Positions 35,366 through 37,263 of a stretch of DNA of 37,263 bases are shown here, piece by piece (the stretch's first letter is position 1; each line of letters opens with the position of its first letter). The position numbers and the translations under genes are program-made. Source of the stretch: Candidatus Bathyarchaeota archaeon (GTDB lineage: Archaea; Thermoproteota; Bathyarchaeia; Bathyarchaeales; Bathycorpusculaceae); contig CAWEPZ010000014.1 in assembly GCA_963811105.1 (NCBI GenBank), forward strand, positions 1 through 37,263. The letters are read 5' to 3'. The notes beneath the pieces are model-generated. The model was not told the origin of the DNA. It worked only from the letters and a program-made list of their open reading frames with translations, and made no database searches.

Positions 35366-36920
35366 GTCGTTTGCGTAGCGTATTTAATATTGTCTGAACA
35401 GGGTTGTAGACTAAAAACGCCCTGAATAATGCCCCCGACAGCAGTGTTAAGCTTAAGACCTGCGTAATCTGTGAAGGCGCACCTGCACCTGTAAATGTGG
35501 AAACCAAGGCGTCTGGAAGAGTTTCATTGATCCCGCTTATTGCGTAGCTACCGATTATGCCTGATGAATAGTCGTTTGCTAAGGCTGTTGCGTTAAAGAC
35601 GTTGAGTGCACTGGAATTCGCGTATAGGTAGTAGTTGAACCATGATAGTGCGTATTTTTCTGTTGTTGGTGTTGTGGTAAGGTTGTATGTGAAGCCGTAT
35701 GGTGTTCCGTTCCATATGCCCAGATCGTGGTCTGCTCCACTTATTTGGATGTATTCTTTTGAGGCGTTAAAGTTGTTGTAGTAGTTAACATTGTCATTTA
35801 AGGGTGAGCTGGCGTCTTTTGAGCCGAAGATCAACATTGCTGGCACGTTAACGTAGCTGGAATTGTTTATAGCATTAGTTGAGTTTGCTGCACCCATTGT
35901 AAGGATAACTTTTATGCGATTATCTGTCCCTGCTTGTTCAATAACACTTTCTCCTCCTCTGCTATGTCCAAGCGCTCCAATCGCCTCAAGATTTACTGCG
36001 TTCGCCAAGGGGAAGGTGGGTGAAGAGGCATAATTTACGATTAGATGTTCCGCTTCTGTTTCGTCTGATACTCCTGTGTCATGAGTTGTCAATGGATTGG
36101 CGTTTGCAGCACAAACAATGTAACCGTTTGACGCCATGTATTCAAGAAACGGTACATAATCAGCAACTGATAACCCGGCATATCCACCTCCAATGCTAAA
36201 TACAATTAGGGGATGTGAACTATCGTTGCTTATTTTGGACGAATAAAATGTTTCTACAACATAATTTTGAGCCCCGATAACCGTGAAATTAAACGTAGAA
36301 ACAGAGTTTCCGCTTGGTGATGGCGTTGGAGTTGGAGAAGGTGTTGGCGAGGGTGTTGAAGTTGGCGTTGGAGAGGGTGAGGAAGTTGGGGTTGGGGTTG
36401 GACTTGGAGATGGTGAGGGCGTTGGAGTTGGTGAAGGTGAAGGAGAGGGTATTGAGGTTGGAGTTGGAGAGGGTGAAGGAGATGGAGTTGGAGTTGGAGT
36501 TGGAGAGGGTGAAGGAGATGGAGTTGGAGTTGGGGTTGGAGAGGGTGAAGGAGATGGAGTCGGAGTTGGAGAGGGTGAAGGAGATGGAGTCGGAGTTGGG
36601 GTTGGAGAGGGTGAAGGAGATGGAGTTGGGGTTGGAGTCGGAGAGGGCGAAGGAGATGGAGTTGGAGGGGAAGGAAATGGAGTTGGTGTACGTGTTGGCG
36701 AGAGTGTTGGTGTCGGTGTTGCTGTGGGTGTTGGGGTTTTGGTTGGTGTGGGTGTCGGGGTTGCTATGGGTGTTGGTGTTGGTGTTACGTTAGGTGTTGA
36801 TTTAGCGGATGTTGAAGAGTAAAATATTGCTAGAAGAATAACAAGTGCAACAATCACTATGGCAGCGCACGCGCCAACCCATCTTTTCTTCCTTTTTACT
36901 CCGAGATATATGTCAACCAT
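35331..36920 (-). CDS. membrane-anchored extracellular alpha/beta-hydrolase (chlorophyllase/cutinase/DLH-like) on a long Pro-Ser/Thr stalk
   Basis: N-terminal basic patch and TM helix, about 155-aa PT/PS linker, nucleophile elbow GHSRGG, Asp in GSKD and His in GADH. Confidence 0.8.
   Translation of the reverse strand: MVDIYLGVKRKKRWVGACAAIVIVALVILLAIFYSSTSAKSTPNVTPTPTPIATPTPTPTKTPTPTATPTPTLSPTRTPTPFPSPPTPSPSPSPTPTPTPSPSPSPTPTPTPSPSPSPTPTPSPSPSPTPTPTPSPSPSPTPTPTPSPSPSPTPTSIPSPSPSPTPTPSPSPSPTPTPTSSPSPTPTSTPSPTPSPTPTPSPSGNSVSTFNFTVIGAQNYVVETFYSSKISNDSSHPLIVFSIGGGYAGLSVADYVPFLEYMASNGYIVCAANANPLTTHDTGVSDETEAEHLIVNYASSPTFPLANAVNLEAIGALGHSRGGESVIEQAGTDNRIKVILTMGAANSTNAINNSSYVNVPAMLIFGSKDASSPLNDNVNYYNNFNASKEYIQISGADHDLGIWNGTPYGFTYNLTTTPTTEKYALSWFNYYLYANSSALNVFNATALANDYSSGIIGSYAISGINETLPDALVSTFTGAGAPSQITQVLSLTLLSGALFRAFLVYNPVQTILNTLRKRHASFSESLLGR
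36316..36790. repeat. low-complexity coding tandem repeat (PT/PS)n
   Basis: Repeated GGAGAGGGTGAAGGAGATGGAGTTGG units on the + strand. Confidence 0.9.
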
Positions 36921-37263
36921 CTCTAAATCAAGCTGTCCGTTTTCTTAGCTAAATAATTGGGGTAAATATAGCATTTTGGATAATTATCTTATTTTCCTTA
37001 TGAAACCACAATTAGTATTAATAGAAAAGTTTGTTCATCTAATTATGGCACTTAGACTTTTTGATGAATCGACCAGTCTTAATGTCTATATATGGTTCTT
37101 GAGAGCCCTTTTTTTGTCTTTGTAGGTACATTCCTTCTGCGGTAAAATTCCATGGTTGCATTGGTGATCATGTGAGTAAATAAAGGCTAATGCTTCTATA
37201 AGCAACATATCTAAAGATAAATTGCGTAAGTAGTTGTTAACCTATTTAACAATATTACTAACT

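Noticed and set aside
36283-36822. + strand ORFs 36283..36822 and 36314..36793 (also 23397..23771 and 27732..28097)
   Set aside because: They are antisense shadows of Pro/Thr/Ser linker codons in real minus-strand genes.

Overview
This is an archaeal window, most likely Bathyarchaeia/TACK. That assignment is inferred from archaeal BRE/TATA promoters, a CCA-encoded tRNA-Asp, Zn-ribbon tyrosine integrases, paralogous PQQ-like beta-propeller surface proteins and a DUF1616 protein. The left 14.3 kb is a mosaic mobile region that ends at the 5' side of tRNA-Asp(GTC). It holds a partial ABC-ATPase/GNAT-type gene, a membrane-anchored PD-(D/E)XK nuclease, two outward-pointing tyrosine recombinases, two beta-propeller surface-protein genes and gene fragments. 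The most striking signal is a recurring 15-bp quasi-palindrome, RAYTAAA-N-YTTARTC, at 2418, 5546, 6044 and 12231, with a perfect copy at 34047. It is abutted by strand-skewed tracts with a 4-nt period and by interchangeable flanking arms (GAGAGAGAAA, CCAACCAA, CTAT). These sites partition the region into units and coincide with a gene truncation and an integrase 3' end, so they may mark an undescribed tyrosine-recombinase cassette or transposon system that moves surface-protein genes. The right 23 kb is a cell-surface and glycosylation region. It contains a wHTH regulator, an OYE-family oxidoreductase, ugd/galU/uxs (UDP-xylose route), duplicated membrane-protein modules, two large repeat-rich surface proteins, DUF1616, two Methyltransf_24-type methyltransferases, a USP, decayed GT and amidotransferase remnants, and a Pro/Ser/Thr-stalked alpha/beta-hydrolase. 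All calls were made by eye, without database searches.
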